Assembly (NCBI GenBank): GCA_030390025.1
Contig: CM059427.1
Coordinates: 188,914,001 to 188,978,000, forward strand
DNA length: 64,000 bases
Source: Squalus acanthias
Lineage: Eukaryota
Direction of reading: 5' to 3'
Shown here: positions 24,977 to 38,519 of the stretch, piece after piece
Layout of the letters: each line of letters opens with the position of its first letter
Position numbering within the stretch: position 1 is the stretch's first letter
Program-made: the position numbers and the translations under genes
The notes under the pieces: model-generated
What the model saw: only the letters and a program-made list of their open reading frames with translations
Database searches by the model: none
What the model was told of the DNA's origin: nothing

Positions 24977-25731
24977 GGGCTGGATTTTCATAGGGCTTTG
25001 GAGGCGGGTTTGGAGGCATGTGGGGGGTTAAAATTGTGAAAAGTGGTGGGCGGACCTGATCCCGACTCCATTCCGCCTCCACGCAATTTTGATAAAATCG
25101 TGTGCGGTGTTCCCAACTCCGTCCCGCCTCCAAGAGGCGGGAGAGGCCATTAAAGCCCTCAACAATCCCTAAATTGGCTCTGTAATGCCATTTTGAAACG
25201 TTTTAGCTAGTTTAACCCTTTTCCAACGTGAAGCACGCCTGATGTGAAACACACCAGTGAAACCTGCCGGGAGCACAAGTGGATGGCTGACTATCAGCTG
25301 CAGGTCCACTATTACAACGGAGATGTGATGAAGGTAGTAGTAGTATTAGGTCTGAAAGTCACCTCTGATGCTGCTGCATTGAATGTCTTCAGAGACTGCC
25401 TGGCCTTTGCTGTGAGAGGACCTGGATGCAAAAAAATTCTCATTTTCTCTCTCTCTCTCTCTCTGAGCTGCTGCTCATTTTGCATCCAGGTCCACTCACA
25501 GCAAAGGCCACGCAGTCTCTGAAGACCTTCAATGCAGCTGCAATGATGACATCATCAGAGGCGACTTTCAGACTGAAACCACTAATTGGTTCATGGGTTC
25601 CCACATGCTGGAACTCAATTGACCAATTAATTAAAAATTGCATCAATCTCCCACATCCAATTGCAGTCGGGTGGATAACACAAAATGCGGTTGACACGAC
25701 CCCAACCCGCCCCAGTATCAAAATCCAGCCC
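24977..25731. mobile_element. TIR MITE (family B) with an internal palindrome
   Basis: TIR gggctggatttt / aaaatccagccc; TSD GTA/GTA. Confidence 0.85.
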
Positions 25732-27111
25732 GTAATGTTTATCTATGGTACATTTAATTTAATATTTTATTTCAAAATCTTAATTAATATAATATTGTAA
25801 CGCTTGATGAGGTGGACAATTTCATCAGTAGACAGACTCCTAGTATAATGATTCTCTACTGGGTCATCTCCTATGGCATTGATCATGGTCAAGGTTATCA
25901 AACCTAATTTTAAACTATTAAACAGAACATTGAATGTGATTTACCACGTTATCCCCTAATCATTTGTCTTTAGTTTACTCTCCATATCAATTGATTTCTG
26001 TCCAAGGCCTGCCGGCGTGATGCTAATGAGGCCCGTCCGTCAACATGGACCGGGCCTGCCGTCAGCACCATCGGGCGGCCGTCCATCGCCCTCCCGCTCC
26101 GCCGGTCAGACACCCGATAGTTCACATCGACCCCAAGTTCCTCTGGCGGGGTTTCTAGTGTGGGAGCGAACGCAGGATCCACGCACTGTGCTGCTCGGTG
26201 TGAAACCTTGCCTTGTAATATTGCTGAGCCTATTATTAACACTCAGTGCGTGGACAGGTGCTGTTGAGGTGGTGAATTGCTGTCTGGTGCCTATCACGGA
26301 TACTCTGTCGGAATTCCCACTGCTCAGTGAATCACAAGACCTTTGTGAGAATCCGGCATAAATAATTACACATAAATAAAGAAAAGGGATGAGGGAAGAT
26401 AGTCGATCCCTCCAGTTAATCCTTCAATGTAATCTTACAGTCTCATCTTCACAGCATCCAACTGCCTCTTATACGAGTCAAGAGATTTTGCTCCAGACCA
26501 ATATTTTCTGTTCCATACATTATCTTATAAAGCTCTTTCAGGTCCCCTTTCATTCCTCTGCTTTTAAATCTGCAGGTTCCAAGTCCGAGAAATTTAACCT
26601 TCACCCAAAATGGGTGGTAAAATGGCGAAGTAATTGCTTTGAGCGCCGGTCCCTGCCGGTCTGGGGCCCTTATTGTATTAAGCAGACGATCTGCAGATGG
26701 CAATCGGGCGCCCGATGCAGGTCACCAGTGGGGGTCTGATGAATACCGGCCAGCTTCAATGCTGAACCAGCCCACAGGTAGGTCCTTTGGGGAGCCAAAC
26801 CCGTGGGCTTGTGTGCGGGTTGAACCCAGGCCGCAGTATTATTGTGGAGCTTAGAGAAGCACTCCATCTCCCCCTGGCTCCACAGAAATGCAACTGTTAA
26901 AAGGTTTTCCGGCCATTTCTTGAGTGGCCTCCAACGGTCCTGTTAAACACCAGTGGTTCATCCACTCAAAACCTGGTACAGTGAGCTGGAGCTGGCCCGG
27001 CATAAGCTCCGCCCATCTGTACACCAATTTCAATCGGGGTACTCCAGTTGGCATTAGGACCCAGAATTGCATGTGCAAGACGCCTAAAGCCTGTTTCAGG
27101 AGGCCACCCAG

Positions 27112-27515
27112 AGCCTCGAGTTTCCTGCTCTTGTGCTCACAATGCACGAGCCCTCAGTTAGAATGAGAGTGATGAGGCTCCGATGTGTCCAGGATCAGCT
27201 GAGACAGGCAGAGAAGAAGAGTTTCTCTGAGCCTGAAGAGTGCAGACTTTCAATTGCAATTTTTGCAGCTGTGAATTGTGTTTTGCTGTGATTTCTTTTT
27301 AACAATCTGCCTAAGATTCGGATTGATTTGGGGTCTGAAATCCAATGGAAACAGCTTCTGAACCATTTTTGCTGTAAAAATAAATGCTTGCCTTGTCTCA
27401 ATGCGAATCTGAGACATCCAGACCGGGAAGGTTCCAAACTCGATCCCAGGCTGTGCTGTGTTATCTGAGGGGAGATTTTCTGAGGCTTTCCCCCGTGATC
27501 GAGCCTCACACACAG
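27112..27515. repeat. Local duplicate of 29313-29730
   Basis: Colinear similarity, highest over the acceptor/exon segment; includes a SINE-like piece. Confidence 0.9.
27158..27198 (-). CDS. Candidate alternative secretory/poison exon, copy 2 (ADPGHIGASSLSF*)
   Basis: Near-identical duplicate of 29359-29399 with the acceptor retained. Confidence 0.35.
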
Positions 27516-27654
27516 CCAGTGATCAGAAAATCATGGACGGCGAGACAGGAAACATACTCTTTCCTCTCCTTACTCTCTGACCAGGCCACATGCCTTCAGC
27601 CTCCATATCTCAAACTGCACACTCCTTCCAACCTTCCCATACAATTTTGACTTG

Positions 27655-28958
27655 AAATAGAAACATAGAAACATAGAAGATAGGAGCAGGAGTAGGGCAT
27701 GCGGCCCCTCGAGCCCGTTCCGCCATTTAATGAGATCATGGCTGATCATCCAAATTCAGTACCCTGTCCCTGCATTCTCCCCATATCCCTTGATCCTTTT
27801 TAGCCTTAAGAAATATATCTAACTCCTTCTTGAATATATTTAATGAATTGGCCTCAACTGCCTTGTGTTGTGGAGAATTCCACAGGTTCACCACTCTCTG
27901 GGAGAAGAAATTCCTCCTCATCTCAGTCCTAAATGGCTTACCCCTTATCCTTAGACTGTGACCCCTGGTTCTGGACTCCCCCACCATCGGGAACATCCTT
28001 CCTGCATCTAGTCTGTCTAGTCCTGTTAGAATTTTATAAGTTTCAATGAGATCCCCTCTCATTCTTCTAAACTCTAGCGAATATAAGCCTAATCGACCCA
28101 ATCTCTCCTCATACATCATTCCTGCCATCCCAGGTATCGTCTGGTGAATCTTCGCTGCACTCCCTCCATGGCAAGAACATCCTTCCTCAGATAAGGTGAC
28201 CAAAACTGCACACAATACTCAAGGTGTGGTCTCACCAAGGCCCTGTACAACTGCAGCAAGACATCCTTGCTCCTGTACTCGAATCCTCTCGCTATGAAGG
28301 CCAACATACCATTTGCCTTCTTAACCGCCTGCTGCACTTGCATGCTTACCTTCAGCGACTGGTGCACAAGGACATCCAGGTCTCGTTGCACTTCCCCTTT
28401 TCCCAATCTATTGCCGTTCAGATAATAATCTGTCTTCCTGTTTTTGACAGCAAAGTTGATAACCTCGCATTTATGCACATTATACTGCATCTGCCATGCA
28501 GCTGCCCAATCACCCAACCTGTCCAAATCATATTGGAGTTTCTCTGCATCCTCCTCACAGCACACACACCCACCAAGCTTTGTGTCGTCTGCAAACTTGG
28601 AGATATTACATCTAGTTCCCTCATCTAGTTCCCTCATCTAGATCATTTATATATATTGTGAATAACTGGGGTCCTAGCACCGATCCCTGTGGTACCCCAC
28701 TAGTCACAGCCTGCCACTCAGAAAAAGACCCGTTTATTCCAGCTCTTTGCTTCCTGTCTGCCAACCAGTTCTCTATCCAAGACAGTACCTTACCCCCAAT
28801 CCCGTGTGCGTTAACTTTGCACGCTAATCTCTTATGCGGGACCTTATCGAAAGCCTTCTGAAAGTCCGAATACACCACATCCACTGGTTCTCCCTTATCT
28901 ATTCTACCAGTTACATCCTCAAAAAATGCCAGTAGATTAGTCCAGCATGATTTACCTG
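27655..28958 (-). mobile_element. CR1 LINE 3' part
   Basis: RT ORFs, frameshifted by a 13-bp tandem duplication (catctagttccct) at about 28610-28640. Confidence 0.93.
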
Positions 28959-29358
28959 CATACGGCGTGTTCACAGACTCAAATAACGTGGATGGTAGAC
29001 TTGGCTCTAGGGTGGCATTGTCTCTGCTTTTCACAATTCCAGGATATGTCTCTTCTATATCAGCTTACAGAAGGCTGCACATTAGCAGATTTGTACCTGA
29101 GGGGCCCTCCCAACCAGTGCTCACTGACTCTGAGAGCAAATTCAGCAATTCCACTCTCCCAGTGTAATTTGCTTTGACAGCAAAATGAAAAAGCTGTTTC
29201 CCTTGGTTTCCACCACAAAATCAATCAGTCCGAATCCCCGTGAACATTTTCCCCCTTCCCATGATCTGCCTGTGGGGTTCCAAAATGAGCTAATGAGGGC
29301 TAGTGAATCTGCAGCCTCGAGTTTCCTGATCTTGCGCTCACAATGCACGAGCCCTCAG

Positions 29359-29399
29359 TTAGAATGAGAGTGATGAGGCTCCGATGTTTCCAGGATCAG
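29359..29399 (-). CDS. Candidate alternative secretory/poison exon, copy 1 (ADPGNIGASSLSF*)
   Basis: Strong acceptor ctcttcttctcttcctgtctcag| about 430 nt after the D4 donor; phase-1 reading ends in TAA. Confidence 0.4.
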
Positions 29400-29827
29400 C
29401 TGAGACAGGAAGAGAAGAAGAGTTTCTCTGAGCCTGAATAGTGGAGACTTTCAACTGCAATTTTTGCAGCTGGGCATTACTTTTTGCTGAGATTTATTTG
29501 GGCATTCTGCAGCCGCATTCTGATTGATACTGGGTCAGAAAACCAATGGAAACTGCTTGTGTACCATTTTACTATCAAATATAAATGCTTGCCGTGTCTC
29601 AGTGAGTTTACCAAGAGCATAGTTGAGACATACAGAGCAGGAAAGTTCCAAGCTCGATCCCAGGCTGTGCTGAGTTATCTCAGGGTAGATTTTCTGAGGC
29701 TCTGCCCCACTGTAGAGCCTCACACACAGGATATAAAGGAGGGGCTACTTCTGGCAACAAGAACAATAAGTGACCAGAATTTTCTATCCAGATTATAAAT
29801 ATAAAGAGCAAACCCTGAGTCACTTAC

Positions 29828-30097
29828 CACTGGGCTCCAGATAGTACGGGACTAAAACCCGGGGCCTGTTTTGATAAAACAAAGCACATATCCAGTTCCC
29901 TCTGCCTCTGTCAGCTTTCTGAATAATCAGTCTCAATGATTTCTCTTCCCCATTCTGTCCATTCCATGTGTTTTCTTCAACAGTTTTGCCATCACTATTG
30001 ATCCAAACAAGTCTCATTGATTCAGTGACATCAGAGACAGAGCAGGTCAGGGTAACGGTGTCTCCCTCAGTCACTGCATCAGATGGTTCAGCTGTGA
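29828..30097 (-). CDS. Receptor D4 exon: C2-type Ig domain with WxC
   Basis: 78-nt intron from D3; acceptor cttgtttacacag|, donor AGTG|gtaagtg, 270 nt. Sequence EGDTVTLTC..LVW..GNWIC. Confidence 0.9.
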
Positions 30098-30175
30098 CTG
30101 TGTAAACAAGAAAATCATTTAGATTTCAAACAATAACTTGATCATCGGAAAGAATGACAACATTCTGTCTCCTAC

Positions 30176-30529
30176 CTTTAACTGTGATTAGTTTAATGGT
30201 CACCATGTTATATGATCCCAGAGAACATGTGTAATCTCCGGCATCTTCAAACAGTACAGGGACAATCCTCACACTGAAGTTCTTGCCATTAAACTTTGTC
30301 TCTGTGGGCACCAGTCGACTCCCAAAGTAGGTCCTGTTTACATTGATGAGCTGAGATATCGAAGCAGATGCTATTGATTTCTCCTGATTTTGAAGATGAT
30401 GTGACCTCCAGGTCCATGCAGTAGTGTTGTAAGAGTGAACATAATTCTTATAATAACCATAGCAAATCAGGTCGAGTTCACTGTGATCTGTGCCTGATCG
30501 ATAAAGTGTGTAACTCTTCCCATATAAAT
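30176..30529 (-). CDS. Receptor D3 exon: V-type Ig domain
   Basis: Acceptor tctctctattacag|, donor AAAG|gtagg, 354 nt, phase 1-1. Sequence LDLIC..AWTW..FGSRL..FSVRIVPVLFEDAGDYTC; the 5' part was translated by hand beyond the ORF track. Confidence 0.9.
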
Positions 30530-30923
30530 CTGTAATAGAGAGACAGAGAACAACGTGTTAGATTTTTACGGTTGTTGAGTTACAGAGAAAATAGAGAATA
30601 ATTATTGGCCACAATCATATAAACCTATTTTGCATTTTGATTATCATAATTTTATTTGATCAAGTTTTTGTCAAAGTTATAAACTGTTTAAAAAATGTAC
30701 AACTTGGGTTAATTTGATATTCATAAGGAAACAGAATTTTTTAAATGAAACATTTTTGATTTTTAGTATGATGAGATTTTTGTGCCCTGGGCGACACCAT
30801 GACATCACAGGCCCAATAGTCTGAGGCTGGGCCAGTAACCTGAAGTCCTGCTGGTGGCGGCTGCAGGCTACATAGAACTACATTTTGCACAGAGCAATTT
30901 TGCAATGTTTTAAATATGCCCAT

Positions 30924-31689
30924 GGGTCAGAAATTCGGCTGTTGTCGGGTGAGTACGCGCTGTGTACTCACCCGTAAGGCCACCTGAAGTGTCGGTTTCC
31001 TGCATGCACTGCGCATGCGCAGGAAACCGGAACTTCCGTTCCCCTGAAGGGAGGTGTTCAGAAGTCGAACGCGTGCGCGGGAGAGGCTGCACGCACGCAC
31101 CGAACTTCAGTTGTTTTTTCAGGTTTCTCCGGGAAGGTAAGTATGAAGAAGCTGCACTTTTAAGAAGGAGGCGCAAGGCCTTTTTTTAACAAGGTAAGTG
31201 ATTAATTAATTACAATTTAAACATTTTTTCAACAGTTTCATCTTTTTTAGATACTTTAAAAGAAAGGTAAGTTTATTTTTAGCACCGTTAAAAAGTATAA
31301 TTAACTTTTTTTCAAATTTAAATTTTTGTTTAAAGTAGTTAATTTATGTAACTTATAGTTATTTTAAAAATGTGATGTTTTATTTTAAATTTATTTGAAG
31401 TTTAAGTGTGGTTTTGGGGCCGATCTCTATTCATAGATTTGACAGGTCTTCCTGTCAAATCTATGAATGAAAATGCCCTGCTAGGATTGGCTCTCCACGG
31501 CCCACGTGATCCCAGGGGACGCTTCGAACTAACTGCGCCCCTGGGATACACAAGCACTGCACGCTGGCAGCTGGAGGAGGCCCAGGACCCGAAGTCCTCG
31601 TGGGCCCAAAGCACAACTGCAGGCGCGGTAGTCAAGTACGTGCGCGATGCTTGCACCCGCAGGAAGCCGGAAAGCCGAATTTCTGGCCC
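30924..31689 (+). mobile_element. MITE family A, copy 3
   Basis: TIR gggtcagaaattcggc / gccgaatttctggccc. Confidence 0.88.
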
Positions 31690-32233
31690 CTTTGCTTCAG
31701 GCAAGTGCAATCCTCATTTACCTGGAATAATTTTTCAAAGAAGATCCCATGCAGAATTTCATGAATTTTGGCAAAGTTCTTCCTCCAGTGCTCACCTCAC
31801 CCATGTGAGATGCGCACACGTCTGCTCCATGGGCCTGTCCCACTTTAACATAATCCTTAAAGCAAGGATGCGGTTATTTGAGTTGGTGTCAACTAGCAGG
31901 TTTTTTCAGTGAACATCTGTCTCCTTCTGTATTTAACATTTTGCACAGAGTTTACACCTGTTCATTATTATCTTATTATCATTCTTCCTTCCTTCAAATT
32001 TTCTCAGTAAGACTAACCCAGAGTTGTTTTAATTGTTGCTGCAATACAACTTGGCAGCTGAAAAAACTGGAATGTTGGGATTCCTTTACTTAGTGTCCAG
32101 AGAGCAATCATGATGCTTTCTTCCAGAAACATGCGGGTAATTTGGCTTTGCGCGATAGTGTAAAATGATCGATAGTGAATTGGCAGGACGTTTTACATCT
32201 CACAATGTTGTTGTACTATTGCACAAATTCAAA

Positions 32234-32815
32234 GGGGGTCATTTTAAACCCCTAAAATGGGTGGGTTTGGGTCGGGTGGGTTGTTAAAATGTTAAAAATC
32301 ACAAACCCTACCCCACCCCGCCCACCTCCGGTTTTAATGATGGTGGGACGGGGGACAGGACGACCAACCCACTCCCAGGAGGTGAGTTGGTCATTTAAAT
32401 ATTATAACAAGGCTGCTTCGTTCAGATTTAATCTCCATTTAAATTTAACACTGGCCGGCCAGGATTCCCAGGCCTCATGATACCCGACACCTAGAGGGAG
32501 GCGTGGACTGCTGGATCCTGCAGGTAAGTGCCTTTCCAATTACCTGCTGGAGCCAGCTTACCTGCTCCCCACCCCATCAACCCCTGATTGGTCACAGCCC
32601 CGAGCCATGATCTCCCACCGACCCAACTCTTCCGATCTCACCTCCACCACCCCGGTCTTTCTGATCCCTCACTCCCTTCTCCGAACTGCTTCGCTGCGGT
32701 CTCCGATCTCCCCACGATCCTTCCGATCTCCCCTCCGGCCTTCGATCTAAATCCCCCCACCCCCACGCCTCCATTCTCCCCTCTACCCAATCCTCTGGAA
32801 CTCCCTCCCTGGGAT
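32234..32815 (+). mobile_element. TIR element end (family C)
   Basis: ggggtcattttaaacccc...; homologous in reverse orientation to 47400-48144. Confidence 0.65.
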
Positions 32816-32944
32816 GCAATGTTACTGAAAGCATTCGCTGTTTTTGTTTTATACTCCGGTACCACTTATAAAAAAAATCCAACATTTCAGATTTTCTACC
32901 TTCTGATGTTGAACAGCTTCATTTACTTTGACATTTCTAGACAG

Positions 32945-33092
32945 GAAAAATTAGTACTTGAAATGCCATAGCATATAAGGCGACGGACCAAGTGCTGGAA
33001 AATGGGATTAGAATAGATAGGGCTTGATGGCCGGGACAGACACGATGGGCCGAAGGGCCTCTTTCTGTGCTGTATAACTCTATGACTCTATC
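32945..33092 (+). mobile_element. CR1 3' tail
   Basis: Matches the tail at 63655-63790. Confidence 0.85.
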
Positions 33093-34107
33093 TAAAAACA
33101 AATATTGGCTGTAGCCTTGTTCCTCTGCCCCACTTGCCTCTCGACAGCTGGTGAAGTTGTTCCCCATTCAGTTACCTGTACAGAACCAGGCCACATTAAA
33201 ACCATCCCCCCTCCCTCCACTCCCAATCTATTGATCTCAGATGCTAACAATCGCAGGGCACCATAACTGCTTGTACAATTCTTGCACTACCAATGATGTT
33301 CAATCAAAGTCAGTCAGTGTTGTACCCTAGGTGTGTATGTATTGGAAGAGCACTGAGTAGATATTCAGGGCTGGACTTTAATGCTGTGCCCTTGCAGTGA
33401 GTAAAGTGAACCATATTTAGAAAAGAATTGTCTCTGTGTTTTGGTAACTGATGAGCTGTGTGAGAATGTTGCTGTCCACCTTCAACCCTTTAGCTATTTA
33501 TTGTCAGATCCATCAAGACCTGGTTGTTGATATTTGCCCACTGTATTGCAATGTTATATTTACACCAATGTTTCAAAGAAAAAAATAAGGGCCCAGTCTG
33601 TAGTAAAAGCATATGCTGTCTCTGTGCTCCCTGTACTTCGTGTTTAACAGTGTTATTTCAGTAACTATTTAATATCTACTGTAAGGTAGTTCTGGCCTTA
33701 CCCTGATCCACATCAATAGTTTTGATTCTATTTTAATAACAGGGAGTTTTTTCTACACTTCACACAAATGCAAATTCTTATCTTCTACTCCAAAGTTCCA
33801 CTCTCAGCTTTTCCACTCTTCCTCCCCCAAAGCCCCACTCCCAGCCTCTGTCATTTCCCTCCGCCCACCATCTCTCCTCTACATTGCCATCATTTCCATC
33901 CTTCCCTCTCCCGTTCATGGCCATTGATTCCCTGCCCTTCCCTCTTCCCTCAGTCCTGCTCCCAGCTGAATGCTTATTTGAAGCCTTGAGTATGCAGCAG
34001 CTGGAATCACTTCAAATAGCAGCAGAACTCGGTTAAAAGTGGCATTGAGGGGAGAGAGCCCAGTTTTTTGTTCAATGCTGATATATGCACCGGGGACCCA
34101 CGTGCTG

Positions 34108-37100
34108 ACATAAGAACCTAAGAACATAAGAAATAGGAGCAGGAATAGGACATTTGGCCCTTCGAGCCTGCTCCACCATTCAATGAGATCTTCTACCTCA
34201 CCTCCACTTTCCTGAACTATCACATATCCCTTGATTACCTTAATAGCCAAAAATCTATCGATCTCTGTTTTGAATATACTCAACAACTGAGCCTCCACAG
34301 CCCTCTGGGGTAGAGAATTCCAAAGATTCACCACCCTCTGAGTGAAGAAATTTCTCCTCATCTCAGTCCTAAATGGCCGACCCCTTATTCTGAGACTGTG
34401 ACTCGTGGTTCTAGACTCCCCAGCCAGGGAAACAACCTCCCTGCATCTACCCTGTCAAGCCCTATAAGAATTTTGTATGTTTCATTGAGATCACCTCTCA
34501 TTCTTCGAAACTCTAGAGAATATAGGCCCAGTCTACTCAATCTGTCCTCATTAGGACAATCCCCCCCATCCCAGGAATCAGTCTGGTGAACCTTTGTTGC
34601 ACTCCCTCTATGGCAAGTATATCCTTCCTTAGGTAAGGAGACCAAAACTGTACACAATACTCCAAGTGTGGTCTCACCAGGGCCCTATATAATTGCAGTA
34701 AGACGTCATTACTCATATACTCATATCCTCTTGTAATAAAGGCCAACATACCATTTGATTTCCTCATTGCTTGCTGTACCTGCATGTTAAATTTCAGTGA
34801 TTCGTGTACAAGGTCCCTCTGAACACCAACATTTCCCAATCTCTCACCATTTAAAAAATACCCTGCTTTTCTATTTTTCCTACCAAAATGGATAACTTCA
34901 TTCCTCCATATTATATTCCATTTGAATGTTCTTGCCCACACAATTAGTCTGCCTATATCCCCTTGAAGCCTCTTTGCATCCTCCTCACAACTTACAGTCC
35001 CACCCAGCTTTGTATCATCAGCAAACTTGGATGTAATACATTTGGTCCCCTCATCCAAATCATTAATGTAGATTGTGAATAGCTGAGGCCGAAGCACTGA
35101 TCGTTGCGGTACTCCACTAGTTACAGCCTGCCAACCCAAAAATAACCCGTTTATTCCTACTCTCTGTTTTCTGTCCGTTAACCAATTCTCAATCCATGCT
35201 AGTATATTACCTTCAATTCCATGAGCCCTAATTTTGTTTAAGAACCTCTTGTGTGGCATCTTATCAAATGCCTTCTGAAAATCCAAATACACCGCATCCA
35301 CTGGTTCCCCATTATATATTCTGCTCGTTACCTCAACAAACTTTAACAGATTTGTCAAACAGGATTTCCCTTTCATAAATCCGCGTTGACTCTGCCCAAT
35401 CTTATTTGTATTTTCTAAGTGCCCTGTTACCACGTCCTTAATAATAGATTCTTGCAATTTCCCTGCTACTGATGTCAGGCTAACTGATCTGCAGTTTCCT
35501 GTTTTCTCTCTCCTTCTTTCTTAAATAGTGGGGTTACATTTGCTACCTTGCAATCCACGAGAACCATTCTAGAATCTATGGAATTAGGGAAAATGACAAC
35601 CAATGCATCCACTATCTCTACAGTCAACTCTTTCAAAACCCTAGTATGTAGGCCATCAGGTCCAGGGGATTTATTGGCTTTCAGTCCCATTAATTCCTCC
35701 AGTACTACTTTTTACTAATACTAATATCTTTCAGTTCCTCATTCTCGCCAGACCCTTGGTTGTCCACTATTTCCAGGTAGTTTTTTGCGTCTTCTTCTGT
35801 GAAGACAGACACGTATTTATATAATTTCCCTGCCATTTCCTTATTCCCCATTATAATTTCTCCTGTCTCAGCCTGTAAGGGACCCACATTTACTTTCGCT
35901 AATCTTTTCCTTTTTACATACAAATAGAAGCTTTTACAGTCTGTTTTTATGTCTCTTGCTAGTTTACTCATATTCTATTCTCCCTTTCATTAGCAATTTC
36001 TTGGTCCTCCTTTGCTGAATTCTAAACTCCTCCCAATCCTCAGGCTTACTATTCTTTTTGGCAGCGTTATAAACCTCTTCCTTTGATCTATCTTTAACTT
36101 CTCTTGTTATCCACGGATTGGACCACTTTTCCTGTGGGTTTTTTGTTCCTTAAACAAATGTATATTTGTTGTAAATTATGTATTAATTCTTTAAATGCTA
36201 GCCATTGCTCATCCACTGTCATACCTTTTAATGTAGTTTCCCAATCTACCTTAACCAAATCGCCCCTCATACCATCGTAATTTGCTTTGTTTAGATTTAA
36301 GACCCTAGTTTCAGATTTAACTAATTCACTTTCAAACTGAATATAAAATTCTATCATATTATGGTCACTCTTCCCTAAAGGCCCCTTTACTAGAAGGTTA
36401 TTAATTAACCCTTTCTCGTTGCACAATACTAGATCTAAAATAGCCTGTTCCCTTGTTGTTCTTCAACATACTGATCTAGAAAACTATCTTTCATACATTC
36501 CATTAATTCGTCCTCCACACTATTACTGTAAATATGGTTTGCTCAGTCTATATGTAGATTAAAGTCCCCCTTGATCTTGATTACTGTATACCCTTGTTCC
36601 TGTGAAGGAATAGCCAGGATTCAGAAAAATACACGATACTACGAACAGATTTCTGAAATTATTAATAAAAAGCATACTGGGTTTAAAAGACACAAGCCTT
36701 AGCAGACACAGGCTGTAAACAGAATACAGGCTTATGAGATAAGATGGTTTGTTAACACAAAGCTGTGAACACAAGCTTTGGGGAATGAGTTAAAAATGCG
36801 AAATCAAGCCCTATTGATAAAGCAAAGGTTTGCTTCCAGAGCGTCTGAACATTGGAATCAAAACAATGGAATGACCCAAGTAAAGTGTTATAATCTAACA
36901 CGTCGAACAGGTGCACAGAACATTAAAAAAAACAAGTGACTTTGAAAGAATGACATCAAGTAAGAAAACCCTGTCGTAAAATAGTTTTATGTTAAACTTA
37001 GAAGACAGGAAACACAATTAAATATGCAACCAATTGAGATAGCTAGAAAACAAGTAAACTTGAGAGAAGTGTTTTCAATTTACATATTGTAAATATAATA

Positions 37101-38500
37101 CCTACAGAAGGCTTTGAAGAAATGCCAGCAAGTAAAAGAAATGCCTGCTCAACAAATAGTTTTAATGTTAAGCTTGAAATATGGAGGCCCGAGGTCTGAT
37201 AAAAACCAATTGAAGAAAATTAGAAATGCATGAAGATACTAGAGAAGTGGTTTTAATTTACAAGTTGTAAAAAGTACACAAACAAGACGACTTTGAAAAT
37301 ATTACTTCAATGGATACACCAAGCAATCACATTGTTCTTGTTATGAACTTGGAATACCATGGAGTCACAACGTCTGAAAATAGCCAGTTAAAGTAGTATT
37401 AGAAATTCAATAGAAAGACTTCCTAAGAATTGCATCAAACAGAAACCATTGCTGTCATTGTGTTTATGATGGTTTTGGAAACACCTAAACAGGACACAAG
37501 TCTAAAAGCATTCAATAGAGATATCAATAAAGAATAGAACAAAGTCAGCAAAGAATGACTTGATACAATTAAGCTTACATCAGCACGAATACTTCAAAGG
37601 ATAAGCCACCCAAGAAAAGATATAAAAATAGACCTTTTCAGACAGAAAAGTCAGAAGTCGCTGGGAAGACAAGCGTTTCTCAACTTTACAGACATTCTCT
37701 GTAAGTTTTTAACTTTTGAGTCTTGGGGATCAAGGTACTCTTATTTGATTTTGGTGGATATTCTGGATTAAGAAATAAGTAGAAGTGTGGAAATGTAACG
37801 AAGTTAAGTTTTGAGAATAAGGATCTCTGATAAGATAATGTAAGCTATTTGTATTTTGAACGATTAAAGTTGCGATTGCCATAATAAATGTTAACTGTAT
37901 GTCGGTTCTGTAATAAATCTATATATTTTTAGAATAGTCTCAAAGAGTATTTCTGTATCATCTTGCGAACTCAAATTCTGTGCACTCAAAGGAGTTGCAG
38001 AATTCTGGGGGGTATTCCGGACCCTTATAATATCCGGAAGGTTACAGTCTAGTTAAACTTATTAAAAGTACTATCTGGTGGACGGTAACATCTTTAGACC
38101 GTTTCTTTCCTTTAGGGAGAGGTAGTCTGACCTTTAGACCCAATTAAGCGTCTTATGGGATCCGGCTACCGCTAACTTTAGTTGAGGGTAAATGTCTGGG
38201 GAATACGCCTGATCTGGGGTAGTCCGAAAGGGCTAGGACTTGTAATTATCCCTTCATTACATGCACCTCTAATTTCCTGATTTATACTCTGCCCTGCATT
38301 ACAACTATTGTTTGGGGGCCTATAAACAACTCCCACTAATGTTTTCTGCCCTTTTCTGTTTCTTAGCTCCACCCAAACTGATTTTACTTCTTGATTTTCA
38401 CGCTAAGATCCTTTCTCTCTACTGTCTTTACCCTATCTTATCCTTTATTACCAACGGAACAGCTCCCTCTTTCCCCAGTACTGGTGCTAGTGCCCCATGA
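34108..38500 (-). mobile_element. CR1 LINE ORF2 remnant (EN+RT, frameshifted), interrupted by an LTR
   Basis: ORFs 34385-36426 and 38178-38372. Confidence 0.92.
36601..38256 (+). mobile_element. Probable solo LTR (~1.65 kb) inserted in the CR1 EN domain
   Basis: (TG)TGAAGG...CCTTCA inverted ends; imperfect TSD ttcc/ttac; AATAAA near 37884 and 37912; CR1 resumes on both sides. Confidence 0.7.
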
Positions 38501-38519
38501 ACCGAAACCCCTGAGATGT

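Noticed and set aside
25970-26361. Extra exon in the GC-rich patch of the D4-TM intron
   Set aside because: No Ig or TM pattern and no convincing splice-site pair.
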